From: Thainema sp.
GTDB lineage: Bacteria; Cyanobacteriota; Cyanobacteriia; Phormidesmidales; Phormidesmidaceae
DNA length: 64,000 nt
NCBI GenBank assembly: GCA_052168235.1
Contig: JBQLZK010000006.1
Span: 32,001-96,000 of the forward strand
Reading direction: 5' to 3'
Shown here: positions 49,081 to 57,582 of the stretch, piece after piece
How positions within the stretch are numbered: the stretch's first letter is position 1
Layout: each line of letters begins with the position of its first letter
Translations under genes and position numbers: made by a program
The notes under the pieces: model-generated
Seen by the model: the letters and a program-made list of their open reading frames with translations, nothing else
Told to the model about the DNA's origin: nothing
The model's database searches: none

Positions 49081-49497
49081 TCACTCAGGAGACATGAGAT
49101 AAAAGGGGTAAACAATGCTGCGGCGGACAGGGTTGTTTTTGGGGTGGTACTGGATGATGATGTCCACGCGACCGCGTAGCGGATCGGGTTCGGTCGCGAT
49201 TTGGTCGAGGATGATGCGCGGCTCCCATTTTTCGAGGGCTTCTTGGACGTGGAGCCTTACTAGCAGCAGGGTTTCGGTGCTCATGGGCATGAAGGTGAGT
49301 TCGGACAGCCGACAGCCGAAGTCGGGCCGATAAACTCGTTCGCCAATCCGCGTTCGCAGAATAATCTGAATCGATTCTTCGATATTTGTGCGGCCTGCGC
49401 TGAGCTGTAAATCCCCCTGGACGCTAATCCGCATGGGGAAACACCAGCCACGCCCCAGATGGGCATCGGGTTGTGTAGACTCGGCAAAGTTCGGCAT
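49081..49497 (-). CDS. GPW/gp25-family baseplate protein
   Basis: LGRGWCFP, IEESIQIILRTRIGERVYRPDFGCRL, WEPRI, VYPFYL. Confidence 0.95.
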   Translation of the reverse strand: MPNFAESTQPDAHLGRGWCFPMRISVQGDLQLSAGRTNIEESIQIILRTRIGERVYRPDFGCRLSELTFMPMSTETLLLVRLHVQEALEKWEPRIILDQIATEPDPLRGRVDIIIQYHPKNNPVRRSIVYPFYLMSPE

Positions 49498-49623
49498 TGC
49501 TGACGGCCACCTATACCACTGACTGCCGCCAGCTTAGCCATCTGGTTTCTGAGTTCCTATTCGCCAAAAGTCGAATACGGAGGTGAGGGTAATCACCCTT
49601 GGTTGGTGCAAGATGTGAGCATA

Positions 49624-50148
49624 CTAATTTTGAACCGTCTGTTTTTGATAGATGGTCGGAATGGCTATTGTTAGCAACATCATCAGGTTGGCGAGCCAGA
49701 ACAGCACGATGCTGGTAAAGCCAAGCAACTCTAAATGGGAGAGCGAGAGCTGGTTAAAGCCATCAAATAACTGCCACAGTCGAAACGCAGTATAGCAAAA
49801 GCCGATGGGCACGACGACGCTAGCAACGAGCCAGCGGCTGAACGTTGACTCTGAGAGGAGCTGTACGACTACGACTAGAACATAGCTACTCCAGAATGAC
49901 AAAGCGGCAGGTTGCTGCCGAGCTTGAATCCACAAGGCCAGTGGGACTAAAACTCCCAAAACCGACGCCAGCTTGACCCAAGCTTTCAGAAATGCCCCCT
50001 GTTTGTCGTTGAAGCCAATTTCGGCGGAAAAGGGCAGCCGTTGCGTTTTAACGCCGTAGCCATAACCAATGGCGATGCTAGTTGCGATCGCAATAAATAG
50101 CGCTATCACCAGTCCGTTATCTATTATGACTGCCTCCTGATTCAACAT
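49624..50148 (-). CDS. Hypothetical membrane protein
   Basis: 174 aa with about five hydrophobic segments. Confidence 0.75.
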   Translation of the reverse strand: MLNQEAVIIDNGLVIALFIAIATSIAIGYGYGVKTQRLPFSAEIGFNDKQGAFLKAWVKLASVLGVLVPLALWIQARQQPAALSFWSSYVLVVVVQLLSESTFSRWLVASVVVPIGFCYTAFRLWQLFDGFNQLSLSHLELLGFTSIVLFWLANLMMLLTIAIPTIYQKQTVQN

Positions 50149-50251
50149 CGATAAAAAAGGAAGTGCGATCGCACTTGCCTCTAATTTCTACTTTGAATGA
50201 TGGAAGCTAGTCTTGGAGCATGAATGAACGAAATCAGCGTTTGATCTTGGG

Positions 50252-50428
50252 ATGCGACTGATTATCCTGAAACACTACATTCGCGCCCACCAAATGGATG
50301 TCACCAACCGCTGGAAGCATTTTCTAGACGATGAACGCTACCGCCAACTCTTCCAGCACCCAAAACTCTGGGACTATTCCGAACGTATCTTCGGGCACTT
50401 TGCCGGAACAGAAGCATTGAAGTTTTAA
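50252..50428 (+). pseudogene. 58-aa ORF, probably an orphan 3' gene fragment
   Basis: My translation: MRLIILKHYIRAHQMDVTNRWKHFLDDERYRQLFQHPKLWDYSERIFGHFAGTEALKF; coding-like, family not recognised. Confidence 0.35.
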
Positions 50429-50505
50429 GTTCTAGCCATTCAATCGAGAACAGTTGACATTTGCTGTGTCAGCTATATTTGAAACATCCCAATCACTTGT
50501 TTTGA

Positions 50506-50583
50506 ATGCCAACTCTGTTAATAGTCGGCCCCTATCGCTTCTTCTGTTACGCGGGCGACCGTGATGAACTCTTTAACGATTGA
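50506..50583 (+). pseudogene. Truncated DUF4160-family putative toxin
   Basis: MPTLLIVGPYRFFCYAGDRDE matches DUF4160 N-termini but stops before the PPHVH motif and runs into the DUF2442 start. Confidence 0.75.
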
Positions 50584-50872
50584 ACTGCTCGAAATACCTC
50601 AAATTCAAAGCGTGACGATTACAGAGGACACGCTATCTGCCGATTTGTCTGATGGGCGTACGATATCTGTTCCACTAGCATGGTATCCACGTCTTCTGCA
50701 TGGTTCCGTGGAAGAACGCAGCCAATGGCGTTTGATTGGCAACGGTGAAGGCATTCACTGGGCAGAACTCGACGAAGATATCAGCATCAAAAACCTTATT
50801 CTTGAACAACTATCAGGAGAAAGTCAAAAATCATTTCAGCGATGGCTAGAAAATCGCGCAGCAATGACTTAA
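50564..50872 (+). CDS. DUF2442-family putative antitoxin
   Basis: LSDGRTISVPLAWYPRL...GEGIHWAELDEDISI. Confidence 0.9.
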   Translation: MNSLTIELLEIPQIQSVTITEDTLSADLSDGRTISVPLAWYPRLLHGSVEERSQWRLIGNGEGIHWAELDEDISIKNLILEQLSGESQKSFQRWLENRAAMT

Positions 50873-50914
50873 TCGTGTTTGAGTAAAAGTATCAGAAATC
50901 AGGAAGCTTGATTT

Positions 50915-51241
50915 ATGAGTCTCATTTTGGAACGCGAAACACCACCGCTGCGAGAGGATGAAACCGGAGCTATTCGAGTCGGAACTTCCAGGGTTTTGCT
51001 AGAGACTGTCGTACGAGCATTTCAGGATGGTGCCTCACCTGAATCGATTGTTCATCGGTACTCAACTCTTTCTTTAGCAGATGTATATAACACTATTGGT
51101 TATTATCTGCGACATCAGGATTCTGTCGAAGTGTATTTAAACCAGAGAGAACAGATGGCTGAAGCAGTGCAGCAACGTCTATCTAGTATTCAGCCAGATT
51201 TAACGTCGATTCGTGCTCGTCTACTCTCTCGGCAAAAATAG
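50915..51241 (+). CDS. DUF433-family putative antitoxin
   Basis: IRVGTSRVLLETVV..FQDGASPESIVHRYSTLSLADVY. Confidence 0.9.
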   Translation: MSLILERETPPLREDETGAIRVGTSRVLLETVVRAFQDGASPESIVHRYSTLSLADVYNTIGYYLRHQDSVEVYLNQREQMAEAVQQRLSSIQPDLTSIRARLLSRQK

Positions 51242-51251
51242 CAGTAGGGGT

Positions 51252-51602
51252 ATGCTGAAATTGTTGAGCGATGAGAACTTCAATGGTGATATCGTTCGAG
51301 GATTGTTTCTGCGCCAACCTGATCTAGATCTATTGCGAGTTCAAGATGTTGGTTTGCGAAAAATCGATGATCCGGCAATTTTAGCTTGGGCAGCAGACAA
51401 CGAGCGTATTCTTCTGACACATGACCGAGCAACAATGCCAGATTTTGCCTACAACCGTTTGGTTGGAGGGAAGGCAATGGCAGGGATGTTTGTCGTCAAT
51501 GATCGAATGCCAATTCGACAGGCAATAGATGAATTGCTGCTGCTCATCGACTGTAGTGAGCAGGCAGAATGGCAGGGGATTGTACTGTATCTACCGCTAT
51601 AA
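51252..51602 (+). CDS. DUF5615 PIN-like putative toxin
   Basis: LLSDENF...DDPAILAWA...RILLTHDRATM; follows DUF433. Confidence 0.9.
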   Translation: MLKLLSDENFNGDIVRGLFLRQPDLDLLRVQDVGLRKIDDPAILAWAADNERILLTHDRATMPDFAYNRLVGGKAMAGMFVVNDRMPIRQAIDELLLLIDCSEQAEWQGIVLYLPL

Positions 51603-51636
51603 CAGTTCAAGCTCTAAATATGTCTGACCGCAAGCG

Positions 51637-52281
51637 TCATACTTGCTCAAACTGATAGCCAAATTCGGCGATATCCTTGGTGTACCAGTCGCGGACGATT
51701 TCTACTGCTTCGTCGGAGTAGTAGGCGCTGTAGTGCTTGTGCTTGGAGGCGTTGACGTGGGGCAGTTTGGCCTTTGTGCCGATCCGTTGGGCAATTACAT
51801 CAAAATCTTCATTTAGGCGCTCGAAGCGACCGATGAAATCCACATCGATCTGGTCATTTTCATTTACAAGCCAGTCTACCTGGGGCAAAAACATCTTGGG
51901 CTTGTCGTAATACTGCGGATCTTGCTCAACCAGGGTACGCTTGAGCCAATTCTCAAAGCTAACGTTCTCTTCTCCTAAGCCCGTTTGGTTATTGCGCATC
52001 CGGTAATGGTAAAGCGACACAACCCGCCCCCAGGGATTACGGACGATGGTGAACTTAAACGCTTTCTGCCAGCGGTCTTCGCTGATCTCGGTCTTCAGTT
52101 CCTGTACGGTGCGATGGCGTTGGGGGAGACGGATGGCGCGTTCGATGCTGGTGCCACCGTTTTTGTTGATATGAACAAAGATGTAATCGACTGAGGCTGG
52201 ATCAGATTTGAGATGCCAGTAAAACTCGCGGGCCCGATCTTTCAATGCAACCGGAATCAACTGTTTGAGTTGCGCCATCAT
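51637..52281 (-). CDS. Sulfotransferase family 2 protein
   Basis: FVHINKNGGTSI, FTIVRNPWGRVVSLY, DFIGRFERL, FGYQF. Confidence 0.9.
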   Translation of the reverse strand: MMAQLKQLIPVALKDRAREFYWHLKSDPASVDYIFVHINKNGGTSIERAIRLPQRHRTVQELKTEISEDRWQKAFKFTIVRNPWGRVVSLYHYRMRNNQTGLGEENVSFENWLKRTLVEQDPQYYDKPKMFLPQVDWLVNENDQIDVDFIGRFERLNEDFDVIAQRIGTKAKLPHVNASKHKHYSAYYSDEAVEIVRDWYTKDIAEFGYQFEQV

Positions 52282-52384
52282 GAGCGTCCTACGTGAGATG
52301 AGTGAACTGCCAACAGCTTTAGCGTACCCATTTCGGTTTATAAAAACGCGATCGCACGTCCATCACTATCTTTAGACTGAACCG

Positions 52385-52966
52385 TTAGCGTCGCCACTGA
52401 TTGGCACGAATATTGTCCTGAGCAAGGCGGGCCGTTTCTTCGATGCGCTTGGCGCGAGTTGCCGGACGTTTGGCATTGGCAATCCACTCTAGAATGCCGC
52501 GTTTAGCTGAGCGAGGAAACGCGTCAAAATTCTGACGTGCGGCATCGTATGCGGCAAACGCCGCGTCTAGATCATCTGGAATGACCAGTGCTTCAATCTC
52601 ATCCAGTGCCGCCCACGATCCGTCCTGTTTCGCGGCTTCAATTTTGGCCATGCCCGCAGGCGTCATTTGCTCAGCCGCCAGCAGTTTTTCTACCCGCTCT
52701 TTATTCAGCTTTGACCAGCCGCTACCCGGTTTGCGCGGCGCGAGCCACAGCATTGTGCGATCGCAATCTAGCTTACGCGGTAGGCTATCGATCCAGCCGA
52801 AGCAAAGCGCTTCTTCAACCACGTCATCGTAGGACACATATTTCTCGCCACAGTGTTTCTTGAACGTGACCACCCAGAGACCGTCCACGCGATCGCAGTT
52901 TTCCACGAACCAAGCGCGTAGTTCTTGGCGATGCTCGATTTGAATGCGATCGCAGTTGTCATTCAT
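52385..52966 (-). CDS. YdeI/OmdA-family protein
   Basis: EEALCFGWIDS, PRKPGSGWSKLNK, AKRPATRAKRI. Confidence 0.92.
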   Translation of the reverse strand: MNDNCDRIQIEHRQELRAWFVENCDRVDGLWVVTFKKHCGEKYVSYDDVVEEALCFGWIDSLPRKLDCDRTMLWLAPRKPGSGWSKLNKERVEKLLAAEQMTPAGMAKIEAAKQDGSWAALDEIEALVIPDDLDAAFAAYDAARQNFDAFPRSAKRGILEWIANAKRPATRAKRIEETARLAQDNIRANQWRR

Positions 52967-52971
52967 ACAGG

Positions 52972-53619
52972 TTAACTAGCAAATAAGAACCATAACCACC
53001 AATAGATCCAAGCTATATAGTGGGCGACCACAATGATCCAAAACTCTAATTGATAGGATTTCTTTTTATTCTTGTGTCGAAAGCAGCGCTGAGCGGCAAA
53101 CCCACCAATCCACCCACCTAGAATTTCGTAGGAATGCAAAGTTTTTTCTGCGATGCGATGCTGGTTGGTTTTGGCTCGCCGCTTATCATTTGCATAAGCA
53201 TAAAAGGCTGCAACGCTCATTACGGGGTACAGAACTAGCGGGAGCGGATTAGCTGTCGTAATTAGAAGGATGACTGAACTAACTATTGGAAAAATTGAAA
53301 GTAGAGATACTTCGAGGATTGGGAAAGGAGCTTTCTGTAAGACATAAGCCCCACTGCCTTGATTTGAGCTTTTGTTTGCAGCGGACTCAGTTTGCTTACG
53401 TCGGGCACCTGCGATAAAAGCATTACAAGCTCGCGTTTTGCCATCTTGCGTTGTGACGTAGTAATAAATAGTGTCGCCTTCTTGGGGCCGACGAGTTGCG
53501 TCTTTTAGCTCATAGATATGCAGAAAAATATCTTCGCCGCCATTTTTAGGGCGAATAAATCCAAAGCCTTTTTCGTCTTTCCAGGTGATGAGAATGCCTT
53601 GATTCAGGACAGGTTTCAT
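52972..53619 (-). CDS. Cold-shock domain plus DUF1294 protein
   Basis: WKDEKGFGFI..DIFLHI; DKRRAK...RIAEKTLH..GGWIG..AQRCFRHK. Confidence 0.9.
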   Translation of the reverse strand: MKPVLNQGILITWKDEKGFGFIRPKNGGEDIFLHIYELKDATRRPQEGDTIYYYVTTQDGKTRACNAFIAGARRKQTESAANKSSNQGSGAYVLQKAPFPILEVSLLSIFPIVSSVILLITTANPLPLVLYPVMSVAAFYAYANDKRRAKTNQHRIAEKTLHSYEILGGWIGGFAAQRCFRHKNKKKSYQLEFWIIVVAHYIAWIYWWLWFLFAS

Positions 53620-53748
53620 AGCGTAGCGGCTGATTAATAGCTCAGATTAGATTGCCCAAATTCAGACAGTACTACAAAATTTGCGTCTCTAACTTGTGCT
53701 GTTAGGAAACTCCCTCTTTGGACGAAGAGAGTTTCTTTCAAGTTATGG

Positions 53749-54981
53749 ATGGGTGGAACGCTGAGAATCGGCACATTGAAAGAACAAGTTCCATCGTTGT
53801 TATTTCCCTATACTGTTTTGTCTGAATCTGCTTTGTCTGAATCTGCGATCGCAAATACTTCTGGCGCTGCCAACCTGCAAAATGTGCCCTATGCGCCAAC
53901 CCTGCCTGCCACACAATCCGCTGTGATGAATACCGCTTATCGGCGGCGTCTCTGGATGCCAGAGCAGGTGCTATTTACCCCGGCGGCACTGGATGAGGCT
54001 TGGGGACAGCAAATCTTACAACGCGTGGAAGCACTTGGCTTACCTGTGCAGAAGCTGAAGCAGAATCGAATCACGGGTTTGCGCGGTGAAACAGAGCGTG
54101 AAACATACGCGATCGCAAAACGAACGCTGGCGGTTGTCACTGCACCTGCTAGCCAGCTCAAGCTCAGTCCCATTCCGCCCTCTGCCGATTGGCAGTTTCA
54201 TCTGGCTCAGGGCTGTCCGGCTCACTGTCAGTACTGCTATTTAGCAGGCAGCTTGCAGGGGCCGCCTGTAATCCGGGTCTATGCCAACCTGCCGCAGGTT
54301 TTGGAGAACCTAAAGGATTACGAAGATCCCGAAAAGCCAATCACGACTTACGAAGTGAGCTGCTACACCGATCCGCTGGGCATTGAGCATCTGACGGGCA
54401 GTTTGGCGGAATGCATTCGCTATTTTGGCACCCGCGATCTCGCCCGATTACGCTGGGTTTCCAAGTTCGATGCGATAGATGATCTGGTCAATCTCGACCA
54501 TAACGGCCACACCCGCTGTCGGTTTAGCATTAATGCCCTACCGATTTCCCGCACGTTGGAAGGCGGAACCGCTTCAATTGCCGAACGGCTGCAAGCGATT
54601 CGTAAATTGGCATTACCTACGGAACAAGGTGGTGGCGGTTATCCTGTCGGCTTTGTGATTGCGCCGATTATGCCGATTGAAAACTGGCAAGACGAATATG
54701 ACCAGCTTCTGGACATGGCCGCTGATGCACTCGATTTTGACTGCGACCTGACCTTTGAGCTGATCTCCCATCGCTTTACCCCCGGTTCAAAAGGCGTTTT
54801 GCAGGAGTGGTACCCCAACAGCAAGCTGGATTTAGACGAATCCACCCGCACCGTCAAGCGCAACAAATTCGGCGGCACCAAGTACGTCTACGACAAAGAC
54901 ACGATGAAAGATTTACGGTCGTTCTTTGAAACCGCGATCGCAAATCGTTTTCCCAAAGCCGAGATTTTGTACTGGACGTAG
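53749..54981 (+). CDS. Spore-photoproduct-lyase-family radical SAM enzyme (start probably further downstream)
   Basis: GCPAHCQYCYL, YEVSCYTDPL, HNGHTRCRFSIN, GYPVGFVIAPI, FELISHRFT, KYVY. Confidence 0.88.
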   Translation: MGGTLRIGTLKEQVPSLLFPYTVLSESALSESAIANTSGAANLQNVPYAPTLPATQSAVMNTAYRRRLWMPEQVLFTPAALDEAWGQQILQRVEALGLPVQKLKQNRITGLRGETERETYAIAKRTLAVVTAPASQLKLSPIPPSADWQFHLAQGCPAHCQYCYLAGSLQGPPVIRVYANLPQVLENLKDYEDPEKPITTYEVSCYTDPLGIEHLTGSLAECIRYFGTRDLARLRWVSKFDAIDDLVNLDHNGHTRCRFSINALPISRTLEGGTASIAERLQAIRKLALPTEQGGGGYPVGFVIAPIMPIENWQDEYDQLLDMAADALDFDCDLTFELISHRFTPGSKGVLQEWYPNSKLDLDESTRTVKRNKFGGTKYVYDKDTMKDLRSFFETAIANRFPKAEILYWT

Positions 54982-55133
54982 AGAAGTGAGGCGAGAGGAG
55001 TGAGAAGTGAAGGCTGTAAAGGGCTGTAGAGGCTGTAAAGGATTTAAGTTTCGGATCAGTTTGGAATGGTTAATTCACCCTGTCACCCCATCACCCATCC
55101 ACCCTGTTACCCATCTACTCATCCACCCAAAAT

Positions 55134-56093
55134 ATGATTTCCACCATTTCCTCCCAAACACCCATCATTCAAACTCCTCCGTTCAATGAGGCCGCAATCC
55201 AGCCTCAACTCGGCTTGGTCTGCATTACCACGTCTCCGGATGTGCGGTTCAAGACCTTGACCCGTAAGCGGCTGTTGGCGATGAGTCCGGCCCAGCAGGT
55301 GGAGGCGCTGACGGTGCTGTATGACGAGAATCTGAGGCGTCTGCGGGGAGCGGTTGACTTTTGCGATCGCAACCAGATCCATCTGTATCGGATGATTTCC
55401 AATCTGTTTCCCTTCGCGGATACGGAAGTCGGTCAGCCTGTACTGGAATCACGTCAGGATCAGCTCCGAGAAATTGGCGAGCAGGCGCAGGCGCTGGAAA
55501 TTCGGTTGGTGCTGCATCCCGATCAGTTTGTGGTGTTGAACTCTGATAAGCCTACGGTGATTCAGAACAGCGTCAAAATTTTGAGTACTCACGCGCAGGT
55601 GTTTGACCGGATGGGACTGCCGCAAACGCCTTGGGCTGCGATTAATATTCATGGCGGCAAAGGCGATCGGGCCGAGCGGCTGATTGCGTCCATTCATGAG
55701 TTACCGGACTCAGTTCGCTCTCGGCTGACGCTGGAAAATGACGAGTACACCTACAGTGCAACTGCGATCGCGCAAATTTGTCAGGCGGCTGGCGTGTCGA
55801 TGGTGTTTGACGCTCACCATCACCTGGTACATGAGCAGCTTGATAGCTACGACGATGCCAGTGTAGGACAGGCTTTGGCATTAGCGCGTGACACCTGGCC
55901 TGATCCGGCTTGGCAACTGGTGCATATTTCGAACGGACGCGATTCACTCCACGACCCACGCCACAGTGATCTAATTTGGGATATGCCGCAATCGTTTCAG
56001 TTTGTGCCTTGGATTGAGGTAGAAGCAAAACAAAAGGAATTGGCAATTGAGCACCTGCGGCAGAATTGGCAACCTGCTCAGAACGCATCCTGA
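55134..56093 (+). CDS. uvsE: UV damage endonuclease UvsE/UVDE
   Basis: LGLVC, LYRMIS.LFP, LVLHPDQFVVLNS, LTLENDE, FDAHHH, VHIS, EVEAKQKE. Confidence 0.93.
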   Translation: MISTISSQTPIIQTPPFNEAAIQPQLGLVCITTSPDVRFKTLTRKRLLAMSPAQQVEALTVLYDENLRRLRGAVDFCDRNQIHLYRMISNLFPFADTEVGQPVLESRQDQLREIGEQAQALEIRLVLHPDQFVVLNSDKPTVIQNSVKILSTHAQVFDRMGLPQTPWAAINIHGGKGDRAERLIASIHELPDSVRSRLTLENDEYTYSATAIAQICQAAGVSMVFDAHHHLVHEQLDSYDDASVGQALALARDTWPDPAWQLVHISNGRDSLHDPRHSDLIWDMPQSFQFVPWIEVEAKQKELAIEHLRQNWQPAQNAS

Positions 56094-56147
56094 GTTTGCG
56101 CTCTGGGAAATCCTTTACAGCCCTTTTAGGTTCTTACCCTCTCACTC

Positions 56148-56229
56148 GGGGTTGCTGATTTTAAATATGAATTGTGATGTGGGGGAACCACCTCCACATC
56201 ACAATCCATATCTAGATTAAACAACGCCC
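56148..56229. repeat. MITE-like palindromic element
   Basis: Ends GGGGTTGCTGATT ... ATTAAACAACGCCC with internal hairpin ATTGTGATGTGG...CCACATCACAAT. Confidence 0.55.
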
Positions 56230-56285
56230 TCATTCCTCTCACCTCACTTCTTCGAGTGCTAAAAGCGATTGGTCGCTGATCAACA

Positions 56286-57431
56286 TCAAGTTTGAGTTAG
56301 AGACAATTGTGGGCGGTCAAGCAGTTGATAATACATAGCCTCGACTTGGCGAATGTTGTCGCTTAGGGTGTACCGCTCCAAGACGCGCTGACGGGCTTTC
56401 TGGCCCAGCAGAGTCGTAATTTCAGGATGATCTTGCAGAACTGGAAATAGGGTATGGAGCTGAGACGTGACTCGCTGCGGATTCAGGATGATGCCTGCGC
56501 CATCTTCCAGCACTTCACCATCGGCTCCGACATCGGTCGCCAGACAGGCCGCTCCACAGGACATCGCTTCTAGTAACGAGAGGGATAGCCCTTCTACAAG
56601 TGACGGCAAAATAAACACATCTGCCGCCTGCAAAATCTCAATCCGCCGCTGTTCGTCGGCCACAAACCCCAGCCACACGATGCCATCTTCCGCACCATAG
56701 AGGGACATTAAAGAAGCGGCGAGAATGCCGTTGCCAACAATCACGAGTTTGCTGCCAGGACGCATCTCCGCCTGTCGCCAAGCCTTCAGCATCGCTTCCA
56801 CATTTTTTTCGGGTGCCAAGCGTCCCTGGTAAACAAAAACGCGATCGGCATTGAGTTCGTGTTTGAGCGTAGAAGGGCCGGGCATATACTTCATTGGCTC
56901 CACGCCATTGGGAATCACCGCTACTTTCTCGATGGGGACTCCCAGTCGCACCAGCAGGTCTTGCTGAATTTTGGAAAACACAATTACGCGCTGATAGCGA
57001 GCCAAGAAGGGCGCATACACCTGATATGTCAGGTGCTGCGTCCCTGACGTCAGATTGCGGCGCTTGTGATCAAACGGCGGATGAAAGGTTGCGACCAGAG
57101 GAATATTGAGTTCCTCACAGATTTCTGGCAGCAGAAAGTCCAGCGGAGAGAGCGTTAAGGAGGCGTGAACCAGATCCGGCTTTAGGTTTTTGAGAGACTG
57201 GGCTAAAACCTTACTGGATTTTAGGGATGGAATGGTATAAATCTGCGACTTGTAGAGAAATGGGATGGATACCTCATTGAACTCAGAATGCGACTGGGAA
57301 TTATCGCTTTCCTGGGCAAAATGAAGAAAACTAACTTGATGTCCGCGTTCTAGCAAAGCATTGGTTATCTCTCGACCGTAGGTAACATTGCCGCAAAACG
57401 GGGATTTTTTACCGAGCCATGCAATGTGCAT
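56286..57431 (-). CDS. dgdA: GT4 glycosyltransferase, DGDG synthase DgdA
   Basis: MHIAWLGKKSPFCGNVTY, HASLTLSPLDF, EGLSLSLLEAM. Confidence 0.85.
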   Translation of the reverse strand: MHIAWLGKKSPFCGNVTYGREITNALLERGHQVSFLHFAQESDNSQSHSEFNEVSIPFLYKSQIYTIPSLKSSKVLAQSLKNLKPDLVHASLTLSPLDFLLPEICEELNIPLVATFHPPFDHKRRNLTSGTQHLTYQVYAPFLARYQRVIVFSKIQQDLLVRLGVPIEKVAVIPNGVEPMKYMPGPSTLKHELNADRVFVYQGRLAPEKNVEAMLKAWRQAEMRPGSKLVIVGNGILAASLMSLYGAEDGIVWLGFVADEQRRIEILQAADVFILPSLVEGLSLSLLEAMSCGAACLATDVGADGEVLEDGAGIILNPQRVTSQLHTLFPVLQDHPEITTLLGQKARQRVLERYTLSDNIRQVEAMYYQLLDRPQLSLTQT

Positions 57432-57582
57432 TCAGGGATCACTGTAGGATTGCTAAATATATTAGAGGAGGAACGACTCCTGCAAAAGGGATTAGTCGCG
57501 GCCCGCGGCCCACTCAAAACCGGGGAAACGTTTGTCCAAAGCGCTTCCCGGCATTTAATTTGAGTTTTTTATGACGACTCAC

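Noticed and set aside
38495..49497. Prophage
   Set aside because: No capsid, terminase, portal or integrase; the genes carry HIP1 and are of CIS type
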